From Bispira polyomma (lineage: Eukaryota), in contig OZ287753.1 of NCBI GenBank assembly GCA_965649765.1, positions 7,502,001 through 7,566,000 of the forward strand: a stretch of DNA of 64,000 nt, written 5' to 3'. Made by a program: the position numbers and the translations under genes. This document shows, piece by piece, positions 26,101-34,689 of the stretch (its first letter is position 1; each line of letters opens with the position of its first letter). Below the pieces are notes generated by a model. That model made no database searches. It saw only the letters and a program-made list of their open reading frames with translations, and was not told the DNA's origin.

Positions 26101-29100
26101 AGTTCGATTCTAACCTGGGTCGGCGACCCTGGGCCGTCTTAGTATGGACTTTAGTTTCGATTGTGGTCGTTGTCCTGTTAAAACGGGATGCAATCAGTTG
26201 GATCTGGAAGGTCGCCCCGCACTTACATTTTCCTGCCCAAAATATAACATTTATTGATTTTTCGCCCCTATCTCTAAATCTGGCCCACATTGCCAATCGT
26301 ACTTGATACTGGAACACCCACCTAACATTAGATCTTTATTCTGAAGATGTCACTGCCTATTATCTTAAAAAAGTGAAAACTGTAAAAAACTGTTCATGTC
26401 TTTGTAAAATAAACTTTTCAAGTGTCCAAAGCTGTTTGACAAAAACCTAATTTGCCTGTAAATATCGATCAACTTCTATTAAACTAAGGGATTCTGTCCT
26501 AATCATAAATGCTGAATGGGGTGTTCCCCACGATTCACTGTGCTCTACCAAAGGGGGGAAAAAACACATGGATTCGTCACCTGGGACTCTGTGTGTTATG
26601 GCTGGGTCCAAATTTTGCGTTTCACGAAAGTGACGCCAATGCAAACTAGGCGATCTACAAATTGCACTCATCAGCACTAAATATGCATGTTTTTTAGCAT
26701 TCGCCATGCTTTATCAACTCGACCCTAACCCAATGACAACTTGTTATTTATGCAATTAATGTGGTAAGGTGGCAGTTTTTTTCAGTCAGTGCATTTTTCT
26801 TGCAATGGCGATACATGCAACAATGGCGATTACTGCACAGATGATCAATTCTGCCCACTGTAATCTCGATTGAGTTCTTCTAAACTGGCTTACAGGTCAA
26901 ATATAGTGATCGGCGATCATTTAAATCTGTAAATTGAAATCGTACTTTGGGAATTTTTATCTGTCTCGAGTTAGTATCAGCTACATGGTTAAAAAAGGGG
27001 GGTACGTCCTGGAAAAGTGCCCCATGGAGAACAAGAGAACATCACTCTGGTCAGGTCACTTTCATTGCCACCACTTTGGTCAAACTCAAAATAGTGAAAA
27101 ACGTGACCCACGGCAAAAATGGTGGTGACGAAAGATGATATCCACTATGACATTTCTGTACTCCTATGTTACAGTATAATGTCCCTACCCACTATGATAT
27201 TCCTCCACTTCTATCTCACACTACAATGTCTCTATCCACCATGACATCCCTGTACTCCTATTTTACACTATAATGTCCCTACCCACTATGACATCCCTGT
27301 ACTTCTAGATTACACTATAATGTCCATATCCACTATTACATCCCTGTACTCCTATATTACACTATAATATCCTTATCCACTATGACACCCCTATACTCCT
27401 ATTTTACACTATAATGTCCATATCCACTATGACTCCTACATTACACTATAGGGGGCCGCGGTGGCTTAGTGGTTAGCTAGCATTGCGCTTCACAATCACT
27501 GGTGTCTCACCTCTGGACAGCCTGAGTTCGAATCCCGTCGATGCCTATGTGAGAAAGGTGGTAGTTCCTTACTGTGGGCCGCTGGTTTCAGTGCAGAACC
27601 TTGATCAACTGTATGCGTGTTTCTTCCAGCATTTCTAACTACCCGTCCCAATATAACCTAAACAGATACTAGAGTGGACGTTAAATATCCAAATTCAAAT
27701 TCTAGATTACACTATAATGTCCCTACCCACTATGATATCGCTGCACTCCTGCCGACACTCCTCCCAGCGCCAGGACCTCCAGTACGAGTACTCTCTGTCT
27801 GTAGAACACCAGGGGGAGTCATTGTTGGTTGTGATACACACACTGTACTCATTGTCCTCGTAGATAAAGGGGATCACACAATCACTGTGAGGCACCCAAT
27901 TACATTCTGTCCTGATATCATCTGTAAAACATGGGTAGTGTAAGCACTGTACACTAAATCAAATTGTATAAAGGTTACATCAGGTTATCATGAAACCATT
28001 TGCTGAATTTCTTTGAGAATACGAAAACTGTCTATTCTGCATGGTACACTTGGTACACATGGTCGACACTCCTATCGCCAGAACCTGCATTACAACAACT
28101 AGCTAATCTCTCCTGAGTATACCTGTACTTAAATACTCTCTCCTGAGTACACCTTTTCTAAGCTATTCTTACCTCAGTACTTACTTATTCCATCTTTGGT
28201 ACACCTGTACTTACCTATTCTCTTCTCAGTACACCTTTCCTTAGCTAGTCTCTCATCATTAAACCTGTACTTACCTATTTTCTCCTCAGTACACCTAAGG
28301 GGCCGCAGTGGCCTAGTGGTTAGCAAGCATTGCGCTTCACAATCACTGGTCTCTCACCTCTGGGCGGCGTGAGTTCAAATACTGTCGATGCCTATGTGGG
28401 AAAGGTGGTAGTTCCTTACTGTGGGCCGCTGGTTTCAGTGCAGAACCTTGACCAACTGTATGCAGTGTTTCCTCCAGCGTTTCCAACTATCCGTCCCAAT
28501 ATAACCTCAAACAGGTACTAGAGTTGACGTTAAATATCCCAATTCAAAAAAAAAATTCCTCAGCACACCTGTACTTACCTATTCTCTCCTGAGTATACCT
28601 TTCATTAGCTATTCTCTCATCAGTACACCTGTACTTACCTATTCTCTCCCCGGTACACCTGTACTTACCTATTCTCTCCTGAGAACACATTTCCTTAGCT
28701 ATTTTGATCTCAGTACACATGTACTTACTTATTGTCTCTTTGGTAAACCTGTACTTACAAATTATCTTCTCAGTACACCTGTCCTTACCTATTATCTCAT
28801 CAGTACACCTGCCCTTACCTGTTATCTCCTCGGTACACCTGTCCTTACCTATTCTCTCCTCAGTACACCTGTACTTACCTTTTCTGTCCAGAGTACACCT
28901 GTACTCTGTACACTCCTCCCACCTCCAGGATCTATACCACACATACGCCTCATCAGTACTACACCATGGGTAGTCACGGTCATCATAGTTTGCCGTTGTA
29001 CACCCCTCATACTGGGTACCATCATAGGTGAATGGAATTTGGCAATCAGCATGGGGTATCCACCCACAAGTCTCCGTAGTTACTAAAATATACAGTTTCA

Positions 29101-31775
29101 GGTTATAGCATTTCCAATTTTTTATAAACAAATACAGTTACATGTTACCAAAAAGATGATTGAATATGTCATGTTACATCAGTTGGTTGGTGAATTTTTT
29201 TCACTTTGAAATGAGATCCCATTCTCCATCTGACCTTGTGCAATCTAATCAGAATTCCAACAGTTCACGTCAAATTCAGTTATTATATGGTAGATGGACA
29301 GGAAAAGGTCAAACAAATTCGTCAAGATTACAAAATCAACTGGCACAACAAGTAAGTATTCAGTTTGCTCCTATAAAAGAGGAAGCGAAGGAAACCTCGC
29401 AGATTTCATGCCACAAATTCAGAAATTTAGAAAGACTGTAAAAATCGAAAAATGGGATTTACTTTTTTGTAGTTTAATATGGATGATAATACAATTTATA
29501 CAAAACCCCATTAGTCATTATTAAGGTCTCTCCAAAGCTGTCTGAGATGTGATATTATAAAGTACATCACTATAGGAATAACACCAGACAAAGCATGGTA
29601 TATGCAGAATTTTACTATGATTCAATGTTTAGGCCCACAGAGGCGTAAAATTTAGGCCCACAAAGGGGTCAAATTCTGCTCATACCATGGTTTGAAGCGT
29701 GTTATTTCTTTTTCCAGCATGACAAAGTAATAAAAAAAATTGAAAATTTAACATAATAAATGTACATAAAAATAGGCCATTCCATCTTACTTACCTTGCC
29801 AGGGGAACTTATGTAACAGCCAATAAGTAAATGCTGAGTTTTACCAACGCTTTTGGCCAATTAAAATTGCCGACACATCTGTTTTATGCTAGAATGTGAT
29901 ATTTATGTTCTTGTACCATATTTAGTTGTAGAGAGACAATAGTCATGTCACCCATATGACCTTGGCCAAAGAACCAGTGTAATAATTAACCTAAAAGTGT
30001 CATATCAAACTTCTGTGAATCCTTAGTTCCCCCATAATTTATAACATTCAACAACCTGATACATTTTGTAAAGATGTCTGCATTATATCTGAAAAATGTT
30101 CGCCGTGAGCTTGGTAAAATTGAGTGAAATAATAAAAAAAGACTTACTACAAGCTTGAGTTTCACTGGCTTGTCCTGAAGGAGAAACGGTAAACTTTTTA
30201 TAGTAATAACAAATTTTTTCTTTTTTTTTAAATATTGCATTGTATAAAATATATACATAATAATTACAATGCAATACAGAGGTATAATACAGAGGTACAA
30301 TACAGAGGTACAATACAGAGGTACAATACAGAGATACAATACAGAGATACAATACAAAGGTACAATACAGAGGTACAGTACAGAGTTATAATACAGAGGT
30401 ACAATACAAAGATACAATACAGAAGTAAAATACAAAAATACAATACAGGGGTACAATGCAAAGATACAATACAGAGGTACAATACAGAGGTACAATACAG
30501 AGATACAATACAAAGGTACAATACAGAGGTACAATACAGAGTTACAATACAGAGGTACAATACAAAGATACAATACAGAAGTAAAATACAAAAATACAAT
30601 ACAGGGGTACAATACAGAGGTACAATACAGAGGTACAATACAGAGTTACAATATAGAGGTACAATACAGAGGTACAATACAGAGTTACAATATAGAGGTA
30701 CAATACAGAGGTACAATACAAAGATACAATACAGAAGTAAAATACAAAAATACAATACAGAGGTACAATACAAAGATACAATGCAGAAGTAAAATACAAA
30801 AATACAATACAGAGGTACAATACAAAGATACAATACAGAAGTAAAATACAAAAATACAATACAGGGGTACAATACAGAGGTACAATACAAAGGTACAATA
30901 CAGAGGTACAATACAGAGATACAATACAAAGGTACAATACAGAGGTACAATACAGAGTTACAATACAGAGGTACAATACAGAGATACAATACAAAGGTAC
31001 AATACAGAGGTACAATACAGAGTTACAATACAGAAGTACAATACAAAGATACAATACAGAAGTAAAATACAAAAATACAATACAGGGGTACAATACAGAG
31101 GTACAATACAGAGGTACAATACAGAAGCACTAGATACAATAACACAATACAACACAGCAATACAGTGTAATAAAACAAATACTGTATCATAATAATACAT
31201 CAATTATTGAAATATACATGTACTTTATATCCTTACTATATTACATTACTACCTCTACACTGAAATAACGAGATATCACTTTCAATATATCCCTATTTGT
31301 ATAACAAAGTAAAATATATGTTTATACATATGCTTTTTAATATCAATAATGAGAAATACTACTAGTTGAAGGAATGGACGATCAGAAAACTAATATTTCT
31401 ATATAACATAGAGTCGTTTTAAAACACTTTAATCTATTAAAATTTATTCAAATATTACTCATACAAAAGGAAATTTTTTTTTTTTTTTTGTGATTAAAAG
31501 TGTGTTTATGAAATCGAACATCCAGTTTAACAGAAGTTCAGATAATAGAGGCTCTACTATATTTTCATTACAATGAATATCCTATACAATTAGCAGGGTT
31601 TTTTTTTTTTTTTAAACAAAATATCTTTCACACCATTGTGTATACATTTTTAACAGCTAGTCTCGTCATGTAAAAGATAAAATATCTATATATATTAAAA
31701 GATACTTAATACTTAATTCGCTTTACCTATTAACCACAGTATGCCTACAAGGCGATGTATCATTGGCTTTTCCAT
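583..31775 (-). CDS. Spliced gene for a secreted or cell-surface protein: signal peptide + 2 FN2 domains + >=17 Notch/fibropellin-type calcium-binding EGF repeats; 21 coding exons in window, 3' end beyond left edge
   Basis: All exons have canonical splice sites, phase-1 junctions and join in frame: [43 protein letters not shown]...(FN2)x2...[14 protein letters not shown]...(EGF)n. Confidence 0.88.
1371..1484 (-). CDS. Array EGF exon (TNIDEC/CENEG variant)
   Basis: 114 nt, ttttag/gtacat. Confidence 0.88.
2162..2275 (-). CDS. Array EGF exon (TNINEC/CENEG variant)
   Basis: 114 nt, ttttag/gtacat. Confidence 0.88.
2956..3069 (-). CDS. Array EGF exon (TNINEC/CENEG variant)
   Basis: 114 nt, ttttag/gtacat. 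Confidence 0.88.
3131..3948 (-). repeat. 3' LTR (~820 bp) of the Gypsy element
   Basis: Minus strand starts TGTTACA after the PPT, has TATATATAA (~3708-3716) and AATAAA (~3210-3215), ends ...CCCGTCA at host junction. Confidence 0.75.
3131..5091 (-). mobile_element. 5'-truncated Ty3/Gypsy LTR retrotransposon (Gmr1-like domain order): RT C-terminus + RNase H, PPT and 3' LTR
   Basis: ORF 4142-5092 with MPFG, YVDD and DAS...E...TDH...ADALSR; PPT aaggggggagg (3949-3959) abutting LTR start TGTTACA; host repeat resumes ~5092. Confidence 0.92.
4142..5092 (-). CDS. pol: Gypsy pol fragment: reverse transcriptase C-terminal half + RNase H
   Basis: YVDD catalytic motif, RNase H D-E-D residues, stop directly after ADALSRSCS. 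Confidence 0.92.
   Translation of the reverse strand: MAKEISAFVTPDGLYQYKVMPFGMKNSQATFQRLMNICLRNLEGVEVYVDDIVIFSDTWEEHLKRLEQVLFQLKQANLTVNLSKSDFVKAKVVYLGHVVGHGVVTPIKAKVESIIDYPIPRNKKSLMRFLGMLGYYRKFCKNFSDVTAPLTELLKKNVKYHWSETCQKAFDKVKNVLCSEPVLTAPDFNRPFRLAVDASDVGAGAVLLQTDDEDIEHPICYFSTKFNVHQKNYSTIEKECLALILAIKHFDIYISSSSKPTIVYTDHNPLVFLHKMKNKNRRLLNWSLVLQEYSLQIEHVKGKDNICADALSRSCS
5508..5621 (-). CDS. Array EGF exon (TNIDEC/CENEG variant)
   Basis: 114 nt, ttttag/gtacat. Confidence 0.88.
6301..6414 (-). CDS. Array EGF exon ([10 protein letters not shown] variant)
   Basis: 114 nt, ttttag/gtacat. Confidence 0.88.
7093..7206 (-). CDS. Array EGF exon (TNINEC/CENKG variant)
   Basis: 114 nt, ttttag/gtacat. 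Confidence 0.88.
7881..7994 (-). CDS. Array EGF exon (TNIDEC/CENEG variant)
   Basis: 114 nt, ttttag/gtacat. Confidence 0.88.
8672..8785 (-). CDS. Array EGF exon (TNINEC/CENEG variant)
   Basis: 114 nt, ttttag/gtacat. Confidence 0.88.
9460..9573 (-). CDS. Array EGF exon (TNIDEC/CENEG variant)
   Basis: 114 nt, ttttag/gtacat. Confidence 0.88.
10251..10364 (-). CDS. Array EGF exon [38 protein letters not shown]
   Basis: 114 nt, ttttag/gtaaat, phase 1-1. Confidence 0.88.
10866..10979 (-). CDS. EGF exon 6 (114 nt) [38 protein letters not shown]
   Basis: cbEGF consensus, ttttag/gtatgt. Confidence 0.9.
11718..11831 (-). CDS. EGF exon 5 (114 nt) [38 protein letters not shown]
   Basis: cbEGF consensus, ttcag/gtatgt. 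Confidence 0.9.
12459..13095. mobile_element. Non-autonomous PIF/Harbinger-type MITE
   Basis: TIR core TGGTCACACT...AGTGTGACCA, TTA on both flanks (12456-58, 13096-98). Confidence 0.7.
13502..13615 (-). CDS. EGF exon 4 (114 nt) [38 protein letters not shown]
   Basis: Six Cys in place, ttcag/gtaggg. Confidence 0.85.
13925..13941 (-). pseudogene. Remnant 3' end of a destroyed EGF exon with intact donor
   Basis: TGTTGAGGTTTTTGAAG|gtatgc plus ~110 bp of intron homologous to that following EGF exons 3, 5 and 6; rest of exon replaced by unrelated DNA. Confidence 0.7.
14093..14157. repeat. (TA)n microsatellite
   Basis: Pure TA run. Confidence 0.98.
14537..14770. repeat. 5 copies of a ~47-56-bp unit (agcaatatggtaaatataaccaat...)
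   Basis: Directly visible. Confidence 0.85.
15328..15441 (-). CDS. EGF exon 3 (114 nt) [38 protein letters not shown]
   Basis: cbEGF consensus, ttttag/gtatgt. Confidence 0.9.
16040..16258 (-). mobile_element. Degenerate tRNA-derived SINE
   Basis: Minus-strand A box GGTGGCCTAGTGG, B-box-like GGATCGAATC, tail related to other SINEs here. Confidence 0.65.
16302..16415 (-). CDS. EGF exon 2 (114 nt) [38 protein letters not shown]
   Basis: cbEGF consensus, AG/GT, phase 1-1. Confidence 0.9.
17186..18113. repeat. 38/42-bp minisatellite derived from EGF exon 1 3' end + splice donor
   Basis: Minus unit ...TATGAAG|gtaaggatgaataca...; some units retain exon sequence CACCTGTAACTGTGTGGCAGGG. Confidence 0.92.
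18114..18221 (-). CDS. EGF exon 1 (108 nt) [36 protein letters not shown]
   Basis: cbEGF consensus; gtttag acceptor, GAAG|gtaagg donor. Confidence 0.9.
18380..18570 (-). mobile_element. Highly degenerate SINE fragment
   Basis: ggagaaaagcagtaca...gtcaaggtt matches reverse complement of the SINE core. Confidence 0.45.
19720..23695 (+). mobile_element. L2/CR1-group LINE, near full length (5' boundary approximate)
   Basis: APE-RT ORF, 3' stem-loop GCGCCTTAGA...TTAAGCGC, (TTACAA)n tail; ~176-bp repeats in presumed 5' region. Confidence 0.88.
20727..23339 (+). CDS. LINE ORF: 2A-like motif + APE endonuclease + reverse transcriptase (premature stop near C-terminus)
   Basis: LNARS, TETH, GDFN, SDH (APE); [28 protein letters not shown] (RT); homology continues past stop at 23339. 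Confidence 0.93.
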   Translation: MLLLLAGDVSLNPGPVMLGVLNARSVRNKGPLLADIVTSHDLDFLCVTETHVRLSDTDSFLRSVTPPDFVFPQTPRPSRIGGGVGFFIRSSYKPHKIDSPVYQSFKNMVVSIGLHGRSLLLACVYRPPGSCTCNFLEEFMSFVGFLSSINSSYHICGDFNIHVDAPVGDGHKFMTFLDSYDLKQLVRQPTHLHGHILDLILSPCDQDTIVDVKVCDFISDHALVKCSIATPPQVAHIPNKVHYKRYHRINMSDLRTDLESTSFIKSPTNSVAKLYEQYIHDLGDVLDKHAPLVSRMSKKESVHWLSDSYRRAKSLRRQYERTWRRAKNPLNRSRLHRQIARCNVLVNEDKSVYHSKLISDNSHNFRKLWHELRKTLNMDTNVALPSHDSFFSDKIKRIRDTFIVSGTKIDVHPLSDPPEIIAFARVSEDDVSKIISNSPTKSCMLDPWPTSLIKECSDILLPSITKLVNCSLTEGLLPDGFKTAVVTPLIKKASLPVDDLKNYRPVSGLSFISKLVERVVARQLLDHIFVHDLDNPYQSAYKTGHSTETALLSIKNEVHLSLSRGEPTALVLIDLSAAFDTIDHSTLLSCLQTWFGVTGSVLKWFTSYLTDRYQSIKIGSTLSDLCKLLFGVPQGSVLGPLLFSLYTAPLRLVIGKYTGIKFHFYADDTQIYVHLSHKNTSTAFEQLNRCLDDVKEWMSTGKLKLNPDKTEFIIFGSKQQRDKLKALFPVDILGSPFSPADSVKNLGVWFDSDFSFSKHVQSVCKSCFMQLRDFRRVRWFLTYDASILVANAFVSSRLDYCNSLFRSLSKFNLRKLQCIQNSAARIVSNTSRYTSITPVLKKLHWLPVGQRSVFKTATLVYKFLHTGFPK
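25683..26322. mobile_element. Harbinger-type MITE
   Basis: TIR GTGGGTGTTCCA...TGGAACACCCAC flanked by TAA. Confidence 0.75.
27140..27726. repeat. ~49-bp minisatellite derived from FN2 exon 2 3' end + donor (SINE inserted)
   Basis: Unit cactataatgtccctacccactatgacatccctgtactcctattttaca mirrors the exon/intron junction ATCATAGTGG|gtagggacattatagtg. Confidence 0.85.
27451..27701 (+). mobile_element. tRNA-derived SINE
   Basis: A box TGGCTTAGTGG, B box GTTCGAATCC, (AAATTC)n tail, ~15-bp flanking direct repeat. Confidence 0.9.
27727..27921 (-). CDS. FN2 domain exon 2 (195 nt)
   Basis: [17 protein letters not shown]...PWCST...WEEC; gttttacag acceptor, GTGG|gtaggg donor, phase 1-1. Confidence 0.9.
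28105..28878. repeat. 30-bp minisatellite derived from FN2 exon 1 3' end + donor (SINE inserted)
   Basis: Minus unit GTACAGGTGTACTGAGGAGAGAATAG|gtaa versus exon end GTACAGGTGTACTCTGGACAGAAAAG|gtaa. Confidence 0.9.
28299..28556 (+). mobile_element. tRNA-derived SINE (same family)
   Basis: A/B boxes, same body, TSD-like tcctcag(t/c)acacct. Confidence 0.9.
28879..29082 (-). CDS. FN2 domain exon 1 (204 nt)
   Basis: [16 protein letters not shown]...PWCST...WEEC matches the FN2 C-x-x-PF-x-Y...C...PWC-x-T...W-x-x-C pattern; tattttag acceptor, AAAG|gtaagt donor. Confidence 0.9.
30148..30174 (-). CDS. 27-nt microexon (G)QASETQAC, carrying the probable signal-peptidase site T-Q-A|C
   Basis: Acceptor tttctccttcag, donor gtaagt, phase 1-1. 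Confidence 0.72.
30271..31140. repeat. 13-bp satellite (tacaatacagagg)n in intron 1
   Basis: Directly visible, with recurring variant blocks. Confidence 0.95.
31727..31775 (-). CDS. Coding exon 1: signal peptide start [16 protein letters not shown](G)
   Basis: ATG at 31775-31773, hydrophobic h-region, donor ATAG|gtaaag in phase 1; joins the microexon in frame. Confidence 0.72.
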
Positions 31776-33895
31776 TTTACATGGCAATATTCAACTTAAT
31801 AGAAAAAATCCGAAGAAGAAAACAGAAGATTCTTTGAACAGTTCACAAAGATATATCCCACTGCAGTAATCTTCCCAAAAACAAACCTGACTTTGAATAG
31901 ATAACGTTGTATGGCTGATTTAAAGTGGTTAACGGAAAGTCACGAACATTTACGAATGAAGCTCACATATTATTGCGTTCCGTTTATTTTAGGGTTTAAT
32001 GGATACACACATATATCAATGAAGTGTCCTTAAGTAGTAAATAATCCCCGGATTGTAATGTCAATACAATATATACAATATACATACAGTTCTATTTATA
32101 TTCCCGCCGGCTCTTGTTGTGCAGTCTTTAAGTGTAAGAAAATATATAGTAGAAAAATAAGTGGCCGTGCAACTGGGTATATCCTTTTTCTTGTTCAGGG
32201 CTTTACAGAAGTCTGCATTTCGTTTTTGTGCTGATACTATTTCTAAATTTGGAAGTATACAAAACAGTACATGGAATAATGTAAACAATCAAGGCGCATA
32301 CCGTTAATTCCTTTATTGATTTTTTTTCTTTTATAAAAGAACAAAACGGTAAACTACCCTTTACCCTTTACCGTTTTACTGTTTGAGTCCTTTTTAACCC
32401 CTATTTCCTTTTTGGTGTTATATTAGTCCCAAATTTAGTAGTACATAAAACAGTATATCTTATCAAGGGACATGCCATTAATTACTTTATTTCTCTTTTT
32501 TTTTAATAAAAGGATAAAACAGTAAACTATCTATCACCGTTTACCCTTTTTCTTTTTTAGGGCTTCAAAGAAGTCTGCATTTCGTTTTGGTGCTTATACT
32601 ATTCCCAAATTTGGAAGTGCATGAAGCAGTACATGAAATAATGTCAAACTACCTGTTTTCTTTGAAGTATTTGTGTACAATTTAGATGCCTAGGACCGTT
32701 CACACAGCCAATCAGGTGGAGGTCAGTTCCTTCTAGCTCCTGCTTTTATAAGTCATTATGACATCAAATTTTGTCACCAAGGCAAAAATAAAATATAAGG
32801 TGTTATATTATGTAAAAAAAAAGACAAGCATAAATTTATAAGCATAACTTTATAAGCATCAGCATAACTTTATAGGGTAGTAAATTAGATGAATATCTGC
32901 AATATACATCTGACTGTGCGATGTCACAAAACTACCTTTACATGTGTGAAATAACGGTTTTTCCACCATAATCCAGGTTGTGGAAGTATATATGGGCCAC
33001 CAATGGAAAAAATTATTTATCCCCAATTATCTCGAATAATTGACTCAATATCTCAAGTAATACCCCTGTTCCACTATACCAATCCTGGCCCTAGATTGTT
33101 ACGATTATAAGATCAAGTTAACATCATTATATGGGCCAATTATTGGGGAGGTCGGGGGGTTCCAACGACTTTTTGTTTCCAATAGGGGAGGTTGCAGAGG
33201 TTCTAAAACATGGGAGCAGGGGCGAATATGTGTGGCACGGCCGATCAATTGGGACCAGTCAGGGGCCAAATGTAAACCCATTTACGACTTATCTTTACCA
33301 TGTAATGACCTATCTTTTCAATCTTCCCCGATACCGTTTAAAACAATTCATCTTTCCATCACAAAAATAGGTCGGGGGCCATTACGAGTTATCTTTTGAC
33401 CCTTTGACTTATCATGTCATGTGTCAATAATAGATCCTTTGTTTGCCTCCAATTGAAATGATAACAAAACAAAAGAAAAGTCGTTAGGGATGCCCAGATC
33501 GAAAAGATAGGTTGGGCCAAACAAACGATACATTGTTGGCACCAGCTGAGTGAAAAGATAACTCGCGGAGACAAAAGCTAGGTCAGGGAATTGAAACGAT
33601 GTATCAGGTGTCAAAAAATAACTCGGGTGCAAAATATTGTTGGTTGGCGCGCATGTCGGGAGAAGGCCCTAGGGTATATAAGGGGGTTCATTCAGCTACA
33701 GCATCTTGGAGACTTCACAACTATCAACAATTCTATAATTCTACAGACAGAGATTATTATTGAGATTATTATTGAGAATATTACTTTGTTGGTTTTTTTA
33801 GAATAAAATGTTACAGTTAGAAAATGTTAAGCATTGTGCCCCTTGTCATCCCTGAGACACAGCTTTCTCAGCGTTCACAGACTCCAGTGGTTGAG

Positions 33896-34570
33896 CAGGA
33901 GGGAACCCAGGAGAATGAGGCTGACACAACTGGGGGATGGAGAGGTGGCTTCCATATTGAGGAAACAGAAGAAGGGGAAGATGCGTACGGTCATGTACAG
34001 TGAGGCAGGGGAGGAGGCACTGGTGGACTTTCTGTGGGACCATAAATGGCTATACAACAAGAGCGACCCGCGATACAAAGACATGTTGTGACTGGAGTTC
34101 TGCTCGGGCAAGGGATTGGACATGGAAAAAGTGAAGAAGTGGTTTCTTTCGCAGAGGACTATCTATGGCAAGCTGAGCATCATGAAGTTCCAGTCAGACA
34201 CAGAGATGGAGTCTTCCTTGCTGATAGCATCCCCTGGGAGTGCCTATAAGCAGTTTTTAGTCTGTGCCAGATCAACCCCGATCCCTGAGGCGGAACTGTC
34301 TAGTAAGCTGAGAGATAGTGCTGGCCACGATGCAGGACACCATCTCAGGCTTCTTCAAGGATGCCATTAAACCCAGGACTGAGGAACCCAGGGGGGAATT
34401 TCTCAACTGGTTAACATTGGAGGCCGAACATTTCAACCACTTCAGAAGGGAGGCATTTAACCTTGTGAACACTATCCAGGACAGGGTTGCTAGACCACAA
34501 CTAGTACCACAGCCCCAGCAGCATCCTCAGTACCAGCCACAAACCCAGATGCAATACCATGCTTGTCATA
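33896..34570 (+). pseudogene. Harbinger Myb/SANT-like (MADF) accessory protein, disrupted
   Basis: EEALVDFLWDHKWLYNKSDPRYKD...VKKWFLSQRTIYGKL, interrupted by a stop and frameshifts. Confidence 0.75.
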
Positions 34571-34689
34571 AGGAGTGTTTATGGGGGTTTTCAACAACCA
34601 CTCAAACATTGTTTTTGGATGTTTTGGGTGGCCCTAAAAAGGGCCTTTTAGGTTTGTTCTTGGCTTAGGCTCAGGCTCAGGTGTGGACT

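Noticed and set aside
27451-27540. tRNA genes at SINE heads
   Set aside because: A/B boxes run into a shared ~170-bp body, tail and TSDs; no complete cloverleaf
29780-29810. Strong donor-like CAAG|gtaagt on the minus strand in intron 2
   Set aside because: No convincing upstream acceptor or coding frame found
29986-31203. Cys/Tyr/Leu-rich and QRYNT ORFs
   Set aside because: Translations of the 13-bp satellite
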